Shown one piece after another: positions 9,172-18,812 of a DNA stretch of 64,000 bases. Position 1 is the stretch's first letter. Each line of letters begins with the position of its first letter. The notes under the pieces are model-generated. The model had not been told where the DNA came from and did not search any database. It saw nothing but the letters and a program-made list of their open reading frames with translations. Location: positions 544,001-608,000 of the forward strand of contig JBCCHT010000001.1 of assembly GCA_039028615.1 (NCBI GenBank). Direction: 5' to 3'. Source of the DNA: Myxococcota bacterium. GTDB lineage: Bacteria > Myxococcota_A > Polyangia > Nannocystales > Nannocystaceae. The translations under genes were made by a program, and so were the position numbers.

Positions 9172-11307
9172 TCAGCGCGCCACTCGGCGCACGTTCTGCA
9201 CGTAGGGCAGCCGCTCCAGCCGACTGAGCACGCGCAGCAGCTGCTCGCTCTCCCGAATGTCGAGCGTGGCGATCAGCACCACCGTACCGTCGCGATCTTG
9301 CCCCTCTGCGGCCGCACTGCGCATGTTGACCCCTTCGCGCGTCACCACGTCGGCGATGTCCCGCAACAGGCCCGCCCGGTCGCCGGCCACGACGCGAATG
9401 TCGACCGGGTACGCCTCGCCGACCTTCGCCCCCCAATCGAGGTCCATCAGGCGCTCGGGCTCGGGGTGATTGACGACGTTGGGGCAGTCCCGTCGATGAA
9501 TGATGAGCCCTCGCCCGCGGGTGATGTAGCCGACGACCGCGTCGCCGGGCACGGGATGGCAGCACTTGGCGGGGCTGCTCATCACGTCGTCGACCCCGGC
9601 GATGCTCACCCCCGTGGTCGAGGGGCGAGTGCTGCGGGGCGCCTTGGTGGGGGGCGGCGGAGCCTCGACCTTCTTGCGCTCGCGCTCGGCCTCGAGCAAG
9701 CGGTTGCCGACGTGCTGGGTGCTGATGTCACCGAAGCCGAGCCGTGCCAGGAACTCGGTGGTGTCCTCGGCCCCGCACAGGCTCGCGACCTCGTCGTGCG
9801 AGATGCCATCGACGCCCAAGCGCCGCAGCTCGCGATCGACAAGCTCGCGCCCCTGGGTGATGGAGGTGTCTCGGGCCTGCTGCCGAAAGTAGTGGCGAAT
9901 CTTGGTGCGGGCGCTCGCCGTGTGCGTGTAGCCCAAGTGCGGATTGAGCCAGTCTCGCGAGGGCCGACCGTTCTTGGCGGTGATGATCTCGACGCGGTCG
10001 CCCGTCTGGAGCTGATGGTCGAGCGGCACGATGTGCCCGCCCACCTTGGCCCCGCGACAGCGATGACCCACCTGGGTGTGAATGCGATAGGCGAAGTCGA
10101 TGGGCGTGGCGCCCGAGGGCAGGTCGACGACCTCGCCGCTGGGCGTGAATACGTAGACCTGCTCGCTGAAGACGTCGGCCTTGAGCGACGCGGCGAAGTC
10201 GGCGGGGTCGGTGACCTCCTTTTGCCACTCCATCAGCTGCCGCAGCCAGTTGATCTTCTCGTCGAAGCGGCGGTTGGCCTTGTTGCCCTCTTTGTAGCGC
10301 CAGTGGGCCGCGATGCCGTACTCCGACTCCTCGTGCATCTCGCGGGTGCGGATCTGGACCTCGAGGTTGCGTCCGCCCGGGCCGACCACCGCGGTATGCA
10401 ACGAGCGATAGAAGTTCGACTTGGGCTTGGCGATGTAGTCGTCGAACTCACCCGCGATGGGCTCCCACGAGCCGTGCACGAGACCGAGCACCGCGTAGCA
10501 CTGGCCGAGCTCCTCCACCAACACCCGCACCGCGGAGACGTCGTAGATCTCCTCGAAGCCCAGGCCCTTGCGCTGCATCTTCTTATAGATGCTGTAGATG
10601 TGCTTGGGCCGCCCCATGAGCTCGGCCGGGATGTCGGCCGCCTCGAGCTTGGAGCGCAAGATGCCGATGACCTCTTCGATGGCCGCGCGCCGAGCCGCCC
10701 GCTTCTCGGCCAGCAGCTTGCCCACCTGGCGGTAGGTATCGGGCTCGAGCTGACGAAAGGCCAGATCCTCGAGCTCCCACTTGAGCTGCCAGATCCCCAG
10801 GCGATTGGCCAGCGGAGCGAACACGTCCATCGTCTCGCGAGCCCGCCGCACCCGAACCGGGGCCGGATACTGGTCGACCCGCCGCATGAGGTACGCGCGG
10901 TCGGCCAAGGCGATGAGCACCACGCGAATGTCCGAGGCCATGGCCAAGAACATCTTGCGCAGGTTCTCGGTGGCCTCCTTCTCGAGGGCGTCCCACTGGA
11001 TCTCCTCGAGCTTGTGCACGCCCTCGATGAGGCCGCAAACCTCCGAGCCGTACTCCTCCTCGAGCGGACCGGGCTCCATCGCCTCCTCGAGTCCCGCCAG
11101 GAGGATCCCGGCCGTGATCGTCGAAGCATCGAGGCGCAGATCGAGCAACAAGGTCGCGACCTCGAGCGCCCGCTCCACGATCGGCTCGTCACCGTGCTCC
11201 ACCGTCTGCTCTAGGGCCAAGCACGGTCCCTTGGCGTCCGCGTCCCCGAACAGCTCGAGCAAGCGCGGACTCAGCTCCGAAGCGGTGACCTCGCGGCGAT
11301 CGGCCAT
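9172..11307 (-). CDS. relA: Long RelA/SpoT homologue, (p)ppGpp synthetase with TGS, ZFD and ACT domains
   Basis: APLANRLGIWQLKWELEDL, GRPKHIYSIYKKM, YRSLHT, EVQIRT, TGS (TPIDFAYRIHT), CCHPVPGD, C-terminal ACT; start at ATG 11307 (MADRRE). Confidence 0.95.
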   Translation of the reverse strand: MADRREVTASELSPRLLELFGDADAKGPCLALEQTVEHGDEPIVERALEVATLLLDLRLDASTITAGILLAGLEEAMEPGPLEEEYGSEVCGLIEGVHKLEEIQWDALEKEATENLRKMFLAMASDIRVVLIALADRAYLMRRVDQYPAPVRVRRARETMDVFAPLANRLGIWQLKWELEDLAFRQLEPDTYRQVGKLLAEKRAARRAAIEEVIGILRSKLEAADIPAELMGRPKHIYSIYKKMQRKGLGFEEIYDVSAVRVLVEELGQCYAVLGLVHGSWEPIAGEFDDYIAKPKSNFYRSLHTAVVGPGGRNLEVQIRTREMHEESEYGIAAHWRYKEGNKANRRFDEKINWLRQLMEWQKEVTDPADFAASLKADVFSEQVYVFTPSGEVVDLPSGATPIDFAYRIHTQVGHRCRGAKVGGHIVPLDHQLQTGDRVEIITAKNGRPSRDWLNPHLGYTHTASARTKIRHYFRQQARDTSITQGRELVDRELRRLGVDGISHDEVASLCGAEDTTEFLARLGFGDISTQHVGNRLLEAERERKKVEAPPPPTKAPRSTRPSTTGVSIAGVDDVMSSPAKCCHPVPGDAVVGYITRGRGLIIHRRDCPNVVNHPEPERLMDLDWGAKVGEAYPVDIRVVAGDRAGLLRDIADVVTREGVNMRSAAAEGQDRDGTVVLIATLDIRESEQLLRVLSRLERLPYVQNVRRVAR

Positions 11308-11427
11308 CGCCAGCAGGGTGCCCCGAAGCAGCCCCCTGCGCCAGGGTCGCGAGCAAAATGGGCCTACCCCCCAAGAATCGACGTCGCGCCGAGAACCTTC
11401 CGCGAATCCGGCTGTCACCCCTAACCG

Positions 11428-13647
11428 ATGCCGACGCCCGACGACGAACTCCTCGCCTTTCGTGATTCCCGGCGCCGCCGCACGTTGTTGCTGGCCGGAA
11501 CCTCGTTGCTCGCGCTCGGGATCGCGTTGAACCTGCCGCGGCTGTTCCCCGCCACGCCGCCGTCCGTCGAGGCCATGAGTCGTCCGCTCGACGGCGCGGC
11601 CGAGGCCGAGGAGTACGAAGGGTCCGACGACGAAGCCGGAGGCAGCGGCACCCGCCACAAGGGCGAAGAGGGCAAGATGGGCAAGCCCTCGTCCAAGTCC
11701 AAGACCGGCTTGTACGCCATGAAGGGCCCCAAGAACGCCCAGCCGCAGATGGCCCGCGACTTCGACGTCTGGGGCGGCCTGACGGGAACCGAAGTCGGTG
11801 AAGCGTACGGCGTCGGAGGTCTCGGTCTGACGGGCACGGGCCGGGGCGGAGGCGGTACGGGTCAAGGCATCATCGGCCTGGGCAACACGGGCCTCATCGG
11901 CAAGGGCAGCGGCAGCGGCCACTTCCTGGCCAGCCCCGCGCCCTCGCACCCCGACGAACCGATGGGCCCGTCGGGCATGCATGCCGTGCCCCCCAATCCC
12001 ACCGATCACACCCACTTCATCGCCGTCGCCGACGACCCGAAGTCCACGTTCTCCATCGACGTCGACACCGCGTCGTATAGCAGCACGCGGCGCTCGATCA
12101 CTCGCTCGCGCACCCTGCCCCCGGCCGACTCGGTGCGCGTAGAGGAGTTCATCAACTACTTCGACTACGACTACGCCCAGCCCGAAGGCGAACAACCGTT
12201 TTCGATCACGGCCGAGGTCGGCGAGTGCCCGTGGGCGCCCGACCACCAGCTGGTCCACGTCGGCCTCCAGGGTCGCACGCTGGCCACCGACGAGGTCCCT
12301 CCGCGAAACCTCGTGTTCCTCATCGACGCCTCCGGCTCGATGCACAGCCACGACAAGCTCCCCCTGGTCAAGCACGCCCTGACTCGGCTCACCCGCACCC
12401 TGCGGGCCGAAGACCGGATCTCGCTGGTCGTGTATGCCGGCAATGCCGGGGTCCGGCTCATGCCCACCCCGGGCAACGAACACGAGGCCATCATCGCGGC
12501 CCTCGATCGTCTCGAGAGCGGCGGGGGCACCAACGGCGGGGCCGGCATCCAGCGCGCCTACCAGCTCGCCCAGCAGTCCTTCATCGAGGGCGGCGTCAAC
12601 CGGGTGCTCCTGGCCACCGATGGCGACTTCAACGTCGGAGTCGCCTCGCACGACGCCTTGGTGCGGCTCATCGAGCGCAAGCGCCGAAGCGGTGTCGAGC
12701 TGTCCGTGCTCGGCTTCGGCATCGGCCACAGCGACCACACCATGGAGCAGCTGGCCGACAAGGGCAACGGCAACTACGCGTACATCGACGACCGCCAGGA
12801 GGCCGAGAAGGTGCTCGTCGAGCAGTCCAGCGGGACCCTGGTCACCATCGCCAAGGACGTGAAGCTGCAGGTCGGCTTCGACCCCGCCAAGGTGCAGAGC
12901 TACCGCCTCATCGGCTACGACAATCGCCGCCTCGCCCACAAAGACTTCGCCGACGACACCAAGGACGCGGGCGAGATCGGGGCCGGGCACACCGTCACCG
13001 CGCTCTACGAGGTGGTGCCGCAGCCCGAGGCCCCTGCGGACGCACCATGGATGACCGTCGATCTCCGGCACAAGGCGCCCAAGGGCAGCCGCAGCTCGTT
13101 GCACCGCGTGCCCGTAGTCGCCGATGCGCTCGACCTCGACGACACCAGTGACGACTTCCGGTTCTCCGCCGCCGTCGCCTCGTTCGGCCTGCGGCTGTCC
13201 GGCGACACCGTCGAGTCCGGCGACGAGGACACGCCCGAGCAGTATGCCTGGTCGACCATGCGCGAGCTCGCGGCCGGCTCGCTGGGCGAGGACTCCCAGT
13301 GTCGCCGTCATCAGTTCGTGGGGCTCGTATCGCAGGCCGCCATGCTCTCGGGCGACACCGAGCTCGAGCCGCTCGACGTCCGATGCACGCCCAACGGAAC
13401 GCGTCACATCAAGCCCGTGCCACCGCCCGAGCCCGTCGTCGACGCCCCGCCGCCGCAGCCCGATCTGCTCGCCCCCACCGACGAGCCGCCGCCTCAGCGC
13501 CCGGCCCGTGGCGCCGACGAGTCCCCCGAGGACGAGCCCGGCTGGGGCGACCAGGCCCTCGAGGTGCTTCGCTTGCTGCCGCCCCTGCTCGCGTTCCCGC
13601 TGTTCGTCATGGCCTACCGCCGGCCTCGCCGACGCCGCGAGTTCTAG
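11428..13647 (+). CDS. YfbK-like VWA-domain protein with Gly-rich insert and N- and C-terminal TM segments
   Basis: STFSIDVDTASY, VRVEEFINYF, NLVFLIDASGSM, TDGDFNVG, YRLIGYDNR...DAGEIGAGHTVTALYE. Confidence 0.9.
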   Translation: MPTPDDELLAFRDSRRRRTLLLAGTSLLALGIALNLPRLFPATPPSVEAMSRPLDGAAEAEEYEGSDDEAGGSGTRHKGEEGKMGKPSSKSKTGLYAMKGPKNAQPQMARDFDVWGGLTGTEVGEAYGVGGLGLTGTGRGGGGTGQGIIGLGNTGLIGKGSGSGHFLASPAPSHPDEPMGPSGMHAVPPNPTDHTHFIAVADDPKSTFSIDVDTASYSSTRRSITRSRTLPPADSVRVEEFINYFDYDYAQPEGEQPFSITAEVGECPWAPDHQLVHVGLQGRTLATDEVPPRNLVFLIDASGSMHSHDKLPLVKHALTRLTRTLRAEDRISLVVYAGNAGVRLMPTPGNEHEAIIAALDRLESGGGTNGGAGIQRAYQLAQQSFIEGGVNRVLLATDGDFNVGVASHDALVRLIERKRRSGVELSVLGFGIGHSDHTMEQLADKGNGNYAYIDDRQEAEKVLVEQSSGTLVTIAKDVKLQVGFDPAKVQSYRLIGYDNRRLAHKDFADDTKDAGEIGAGHTVTALYEVVPQPEAPADAPWMTVDLRHKAPKGSRSSLHRVPVVADALDLDDTSDDFRFSAAVASFGLRLSGDTVESGDEDTPEQYAWSTMRELAAGSLGEDSQCRRHQFVGLVSQAAMLSGDTELEPLDVRCTPNGTRHIKPVPPPEPVVDAPPPQPDLLAPTDEPPPQRPARGADESPEDEPGWGDQALEVLRLLPPLLAFPLFVMAYRRPRRRREF

Positions 13648-13660
13648 CGAGCACAGGCCG

Positions 13661-15973
13661 TTACTCGAGGCTCTGGAGGTACGCCACCAGGGCCTCGAGT
13701 TGTTCGGCGGTGAGCGTGCTCGTCATGCCGTGCTGATCGCCCGGGTTCGCGGTCGTCAGCACGTCGAGCACCGTGGCCGCCGAGCCGTCGTGCAGGTAGG
13801 GCGCGCCGTTCCACAGCCCGCGTAGCGTCGGCGTGTCGATGCCCGGCAGCGGTCCACCGAGTCGTTGCCCCGAGGCCTCCGTCAACGTGCCCACATCGTG
13901 GAGGACGGGGCCCGGGCCGAGGAAGGCGGAGTCGGTGAGCCCGAGCCCGCCATGACACGTGGTGCACCCGAGCACGGGCGAGAGGAACAGCACCTCCCCG
14001 GCCTGGGCTTGCGCGGTGAGGCTGCCGTCGGCGAGTCGATGCGGGCTGCGGGGAAAGTCGGTCAGCGAGGAGACATAGGCCGCCAGCGCGTCCAGCTCGA
14101 CCGACAGGCCCGCCTTGGGGTCGCCGAGCGTGTCGGCGGTGGTGCCCGACTCCCAGTCGGCGTCGTCGAGCAACCCGGAGCCCTCGGCCGCGTGGCGGAT
14201 GTCGTTTTCGAAGTCCTGGACCTCGTCGAAGTTGGCGCTCCAGTGGATGGGGCCGTGCTCGGTGCCGCCTCGTCCCATCAGGTCGATGGTGTTGCGCAGC
14301 CCCTCGCCGCGATCGGTGAAGTCCCAGGTGCGTCGGTCTGCCTCACCGTCGAGATGGCAGTGGGCGCAGGCGAGGTAGCTGTCTTTGGCCAGCCGAGGAT
14401 CGAACGCATCGTTGAACAGCTGCTTGCCGCGCAGCAGCTCGGGGGACAGCGGCTCGGCGGAGGGAATGGTCAGCGACGCGATCGGTAGCGGCAGGACGCT
14501 GAAATCCGAGACGTCGTAGACCACCAGTTCACGAGCGACAAAGGCATCGACGAACAAATGGCGATCGTCGGCGGAGAGCACGAGCCCGGAGGGGGCATAA
14601 CCCACGTCGAGCAAGGTGCCCGCGCCCGCTCCGGTGAAGGTATCGACCCGATCCACGGCCCGGCTGCCCCGACCGGCGACGAACAGGTAGTCGCCCCGGC
14701 TCGAGAACACCCCGGCGGCCATGAACCCGCGGTTGTCGAAGCGCTTGCGGCGGTTGAAATCCTCCTGCATGGCCGCGCCCTCGGACCCGGGCAGGTCGAG
14801 GAACGCAACGACGCCTCGCACCGTGGTCTCGAAGGTCAGCGCGTTGCCGTCGAGGAACTCGCCCTGGCCGATGTTGGCTTGCAACGTGGGCACGGCGACC
14901 TGGTCACCGATGGGCGAGACGAGCACTTGGTCGAGGTAGGTCGGTACGCCGCCCGACTCGGTGTCGGAGGGCGGCGTCGGATCGAAGGGCAGCGGGACCG
15001 CCTCCACCGAGCCGTCGGCGGGGTTCAGCACCGCCACCTGGCCCTCGGTGTCGGGCGAACGCCAGCGCGTCACGGCGAGTCGACCATCGGGCATCAACGC
15101 CACGCCGCGGGCATCCTCGATCGCCGGCCACGTGTCGATGAGGCTCAGCGGATCACCGCTGGCGTCCACGGCCACCAGCTCGCCTCGGGCCTGCAGCGTG
15201 ACCCACAGCTGGTCGCCTTGGGCCACGACCCCGTAGGGGCGCGCACCGTAGCCCAGCGACAGCTCGAGCGACGGACCTCCCGCCGGGTCGAGCACCATCA
15301 CCGCGTCGTCGTCCTGACAGGTCACTGCCACGCGCCCGTCGGCCAGCGGTGCCGCCGTTCGCGGTCGAGCACAGGTTGGCCGCCGATCCAACACCACGAA
15401 CTCGCCCTCCCCCGCGGGTCCGGCCAGCATCAGCTCGTCGGAGTCCGGGCTGACCACCGCGACACGGCCGTCCTCCAAGCGCACGACCGTGCTCGAGTGC
15501 CGCGGCACATGGGAAGGAACGTGCGTGACGGTGACGGTGACCGAAGCCGACAGCTGAACGCCTCCCTCGCCAAACACCGTGAGCACGGGGTGGTATCGCC
15601 CCGGCTCGTCGTAGGTCACGGTCGCGGTGGGATCGGGGCTCGGCTCGGTCGGCGGCGTACCGTCGTCGAAGTTCCACTGGAAGAGCGTCGCCCCGATCGA
15701 GCCGGAGCCGTCGAGCACGACCTCCTCGTTCACGAACGCGTAGAAGGGAGGCCCCGGGTCGGGCTCGACAGGCAGGCCCGCCGTCGTGTCGGCGCCCCCC
15801 GAGCTGCTCGCGTCGGTGGAGGTCCCGTCCCCCTCTTCGGTGCTCCCTCGCCCGCCGGACCCAGCCGGGCTCGTCTCGGCCCCGCCCGAGCTCCCGCTGC
15901 CCCGAGACGGAGCAGGGACATCATCGGACTGGCACCCCGCCAATCCCAAGGCCAGCGCGAAGACCCGGCGCAT
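13661..15973 (-). CDS. Lipoprotein with PKD domain, beta-propeller and di-heme cytochrome c (bCcP/MauG-like) domain
   Basis: LAGC lipobox; WNFDDG PKD; CAHCH and CTTCH heme motifs; DTPTLRGLWNGAPYLHDGSA. Confidence 0.85.
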   Translation of the reverse strand: MRRVFALALGLAGCQSDDVPAPSRGSGSSGGAETSPAGSGGRGSTEEGDGTSTDASSSGGADTTAGLPVEPDPGPPFYAFVNEEVVLDGSGSIGATLFQWNFDDGTPPTEPSPDPTATVTYDEPGRYHPVLTVFGEGGVQLSASVTVTVTHVPSHVPRHSSTVVRLEDGRVAVVSPDSDELMLAGPAGEGEFVVLDRRPTCARPRTAAPLADGRVAVTCQDDDAVMVLDPAGGPSLELSLGYGARPYGVVAQGDQLWVTLQARGELVAVDASGDPLSLIDTWPAIEDARGVALMPDGRLAVTRWRSPDTEGQVAVLNPADGSVEAVPLPFDPTPPSDTESGGVPTYLDQVLVSPIGDQVAVPTLQANIGQGEFLDGNALTFETTVRGVVAFLDLPGSEGAAMQEDFNRRKRFDNRGFMAAGVFSSRGDYLFVAGRGSRAVDRVDTFTGAGAGTLLDVGYAPSGLVLSADDRHLFVDAFVARELVVYDVSDFSVLPLPIASLTIPSAEPLSPELLRGKQLFNDAFDPRLAKDSYLACAHCHLDGEADRRTWDFTDRGEGLRNTIDLMGRGGTEHGPIHWSANFDEVQDFENDIRHAAEGSGLLDDADWESGTTADTLGDPKAGLSVELDALAAYVSSLTDFPRSPHRLADGSLTAQAQAGEVLFLSPVLGCTTCHGGLGLTDSAFLGPGPVLHDVGTLTEASGQRLGGPLPGIDTPTLRGLWNGAPYLHDGSAATVLDVLTTANPGDQHGMTSTLTAEQLEALVAYLQSLE

Positions 15974-15977
15974 CGAC

Positions 15978-17639
15978 TCAGCCCCCGATCGTGGTGAGCG
16001 TGATGGAGAACGGCTCGGTCACCCGATTGCCGTTGTAGTCGGCGACGCCCCCGGCCGGGATCTCGAACGTGTACTCGGTGCCCGGGTCGAGCGGCGTGCG
16101 GGGCACGAAGTTGACCACGTTCTCCTGCACGCTGATGTGCCCCATCACGGGAACGGGCTCACCGTCATCGCCCGTTCGGTACAGGCGCACCGAGCCGAAC
16201 CACGCGCTCTTGACGTCGACCATCTCGTTGAAGGTCACGCCCACGCGGGTGGTGATGGGCAGGCCGGTCGCTCCGTCCGCGGGGACCGACCAGTTCACGT
16301 ACGGCGCGACGGTATCGACCTCGGTCAGGTAGGGCGCGACCGCGGAGCCTTCACCCGGGGTGCCCTCGTCGTCGACGGAGAGCACGACCACATTGCCGAT
16401 GGGCGTGACCGTGTCGAGGTCTCCCTCGAGATCGAGGGTCGCCACCTCGGCCATCGCGGCGGGATCGGAGATGTCGTAGATGCCGGCGAAGGACGACTCG
16501 CCGACGAAGGCCAGGTCGTCCTTGGCGAACACGTAGCCTCCGTTGCCCCCGCTGTCGTAGTGGCCCGCCAGCACCGGGTTCGCGGGGTCGCGGATGTCGT
16601 ACATCATCACGCCGCCGTTGCCGTTCTTGATGGCGTAGTAGACGTAGCCGCCGCCCACGTTGCTGAAGTACGACTCGCGGATCACCCCTTCGCCATCGAC
16701 GATCTCGAAGTCGCCGCCCGCGATGGGCTGCGGGAACTCGGGCACGCTGACGTCGAGCAACACGGTACGGGGGCCCTCCGCCGCGGTGGCGATGAGCATG
16801 TTGCCCACCACGTTGACCTGCCCCACGCGCATCGTGGGTTGGAAATTGTACTGCCCCGCCAGCTGCGGCTGGGTCGGGTCGGTCGCGTCGACGATGTAGA
16901 TCCCGTTGTCGGCCGCGCCCACGTAGATGTACGGGGCCTGCCACGCTGCGCTCAGCACCACCCGCGCATACGCATCGGGATACAGGTGCCCCGGCAGGTT
17001 GAGGACGGCCGCCTCCTGGGGCGCGACCACGCTGGTCACGTCCCAGATCATGATCCCACCGTCGATGTTCAGTAGCCCCTCGTCCACGGCCGCGACCACG
17101 GCGTACCAGTGATCGTCGACGTTGGCGAAGCCGGTGGCATGGGTCTCCCGCATGCGGGGCCCGGGCGTGCTCGAGAGCGGCAGCGCGTTGCAGGGGTCGC
17201 TGATGTCGAAGAAGGTCAGCCCCCCGATCCCCCACTCGGGCGCCCACGGCATCATCAGGTAGCCATCGAACATCACCACCAGGTTGTGGTGATCGAGGTC
17301 TCCCGTGCCGCCGTGGAGAAAGGCACAATTGACGTAGAGGTCCTCCGCGGCGAACTCCACCGCGGGGCCGCCCGGTCCCGTGCTCGGGGGATGAGCATCG
17401 GGCTCGGGGTAAACGGGGCCCTCGGGCTCTCCCGTGCCCGAGGACTCCTCGGCGTCGCTCGTGCTCCCCCGGGGTCCGTCCGAGCTCCCCGTGGAGTCGA
17501 GCGAGCTCCCGGTCGAAGGCACCGTCTCCTCACCGGTCGTCGTTCCCGCATCCGGCGGTGCTGCCCCGCCGTCGTCGCCACAGCTCGCCGCCACCAGCAG
17601 CAACGCCAGCGCATGCGTTCCAGTACGCATCATCCCCAT
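15978..17639 (-). CDS. LVIVD-repeat lipoprotein with C-terminal Ig-like domain
   Basis: AASC lipobox; repeats FFDISDP, IVDATDP, YDIRDP, YDISDP; VGVTFNEMVD...PLDPGTEY Ig-like domain. Confidence 0.8.
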   Translation of the reverse strand: MGMMRTGTHALALLLVAASCGDDGGAAPPDAGTTTGEETVPSTGSSLDSTGSSDGPRGSTSDAEESSGTGEPEGPVYPEPDAHPPSTGPGGPAVEFAAEDLYVNCAFLHGGTGDLDHHNLVVMFDGYLMMPWAPEWGIGGLTFFDISDPCNALPLSSTPGPRMRETHATGFANVDDHWYAVVAAVDEGLLNIDGGIMIWDVTSVVAPQEAAVLNLPGHLYPDAYARVVLSAAWQAPYIYVGAADNGIYIVDATDPTQPQLAGQYNFQPTMRVGQVNVVGNMLIATAAEGPRTVLLDVSVPEFPQPIAGGDFEIVDGEGVIRESYFSNVGGGYVYYAIKNGNGGVMMYDIRDPANPVLAGHYDSGGNGGYVFAKDDLAFVGESSFAGIYDISDPAAMAEVATLDLEGDLDTVTPIGNVVVLSVDDEGTPGEGSAVAPYLTEVDTVAPYVNWSVPADGATGLPITTRVGVTFNEMVDVKSAWFGSVRLYRTGDDGEPVPVMGHISVQENVVNFVPRTPLDPGTEYTFEIPAGGVADYNGNRVTEPFSITLTTIGG

Positions 17640-17772
17640 GATTCCCTCCGCTCACCCATCGTCCGGGGTGCGCTTCGTGAAGGTCAAGAGGACAGCCCCT
17701 TTTCTCATGCGACGATTCAGCGCCAGCGGCGGTGCTCGTCGACCGTAGGCTCCATCGTTGTTCTGCCCGTGT

Positions 17773-18801
17773 TCAGCCCAAATCGGCGGTCAGCCAGTAA
17801 TCGCCGCCGAGCAACCAACCGTCGTTCGGCGCCTTCGCGATCACTGTGCAGACCCCGAGCCCCTCCAGACCGGGGGGCTCCACCCCCGGCTCGTACCACG
17901 GCACGCAGGTCGTGGCCGGGTCGGCACAGTCGCCGAGCGCTAGATCGCAGATCGAGGCGCAACAGCCCATACTCCCCGCGCAAGCGTCGAACGCAATCGG
18001 GTCGATGCACACCGAGCCCCCATCGCAGACGTTGCCGTAGTCGCACGGCTCCGCCGCCGCGAAGGGCTCGGAGATCCCCGGCACACACGACCACTCGCCG
18101 TGGCGATCGGGCACGCAGACCTGGCCCGCGTCGCACTCGGAGGCCAGCGGGTTGCACGGCGGCAGGCACAGGTTCACCGCGCCGTTGTTGGTCAGCTTGC
18201 AGCGAGTCCCGTCCGCGCACACGGGCGTCGCCTCGTCCCCCTCGCAAAACGGGACGCACTCGCCGATGTTGGTGGCCGGGTCGACGTTCCAGCACATCGC
18301 GCCGAGCTCACAGGAGTCGATGCCGCTGACCGCCGCGCCTTCGACCGTGCAGGACTCGCCCGGGGCGTCGGCGCGCGGAGCCACGGGCGAGCAGCGGGTC
18401 CCGTTCCACACCGAGCCGCCGTCGTTGGCCCACGGCAGGCACTTGTCCCCGCGGGCACAGTCCTGCGCAAACAAGTCGCACACGAAGGACACGCTGCCCG
18501 AGTCAGGCTGGCAGTACCAATGGTGCTCGTCGCCGACGTTGCAGAACAGGTTCCCGTCGGAGACGCCGTCGTCGCTGCTGTCGATCGGGCCCCCGCCGGT
18601 TCCGCTGGTCCCGAAGGTCGTGGTGGTGGTGTCGGGCGGCACCGTGGGTGAGTCGGGCGGCACCGTCGGCGCCTCCGAGGTGGAGCCGACCGGGTCTCCC
18701 CCGTCTCCTTGGGTCGGGCGCCCACTACAACCGAGCAGGAGCCCCAACGAGCCCACAGACCACAACGCGACGACGAGACCTCTACGCATGATGTCCTGCA
18801 T
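17773..18801 (-). CDS. Cys-rich lipoprotein (paralogue of 18813-19853)
   Basis: LLGC lipobox; CDLFAQDC...KCLPWANDGGSVWNGTRC...SGIDSCELGAMCWNVD. Confidence 0.8.
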   Translation of the reverse strand: MQDIMRRGLVVALWSVGSLGLLLGCSGRPTQGDGGDPVGSTSEAPTVPPDSPTVPPDTTTTTFGTSGTGGGPIDSSDDGVSDGNLFCNVGDEHHWYCQPDSGSVSFVCDLFAQDCARGDKCLPWANDGGSVWNGTRCSPVAPRADAPGESCTVEGAAVSGIDSCELGAMCWNVDPATNIGECVPFCEGDEATPVCADGTRCKLTNNGAVNLCLPPCNPLASECDAGQVCVPDRHGEWSCVPGISEPFAAAEPCDYGNVCDGGSVCIDPIAFDACAGSMGCCASICDLALGDCADPATTCVPWYEPGVEPPGLEGLGVCTVIAKAPNDGWLLGGDYWLTADLG

Positions 18802-18812
18802 TCACTGTGGGC

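Noticed and set aside
11308..13407. 700-aa N-terminal extension of the 1411-aa RelA ORF
   Set aside because: It is the antisense shadow of the VWA gene (11428-13647); RSH similarity starts at ATG 11307
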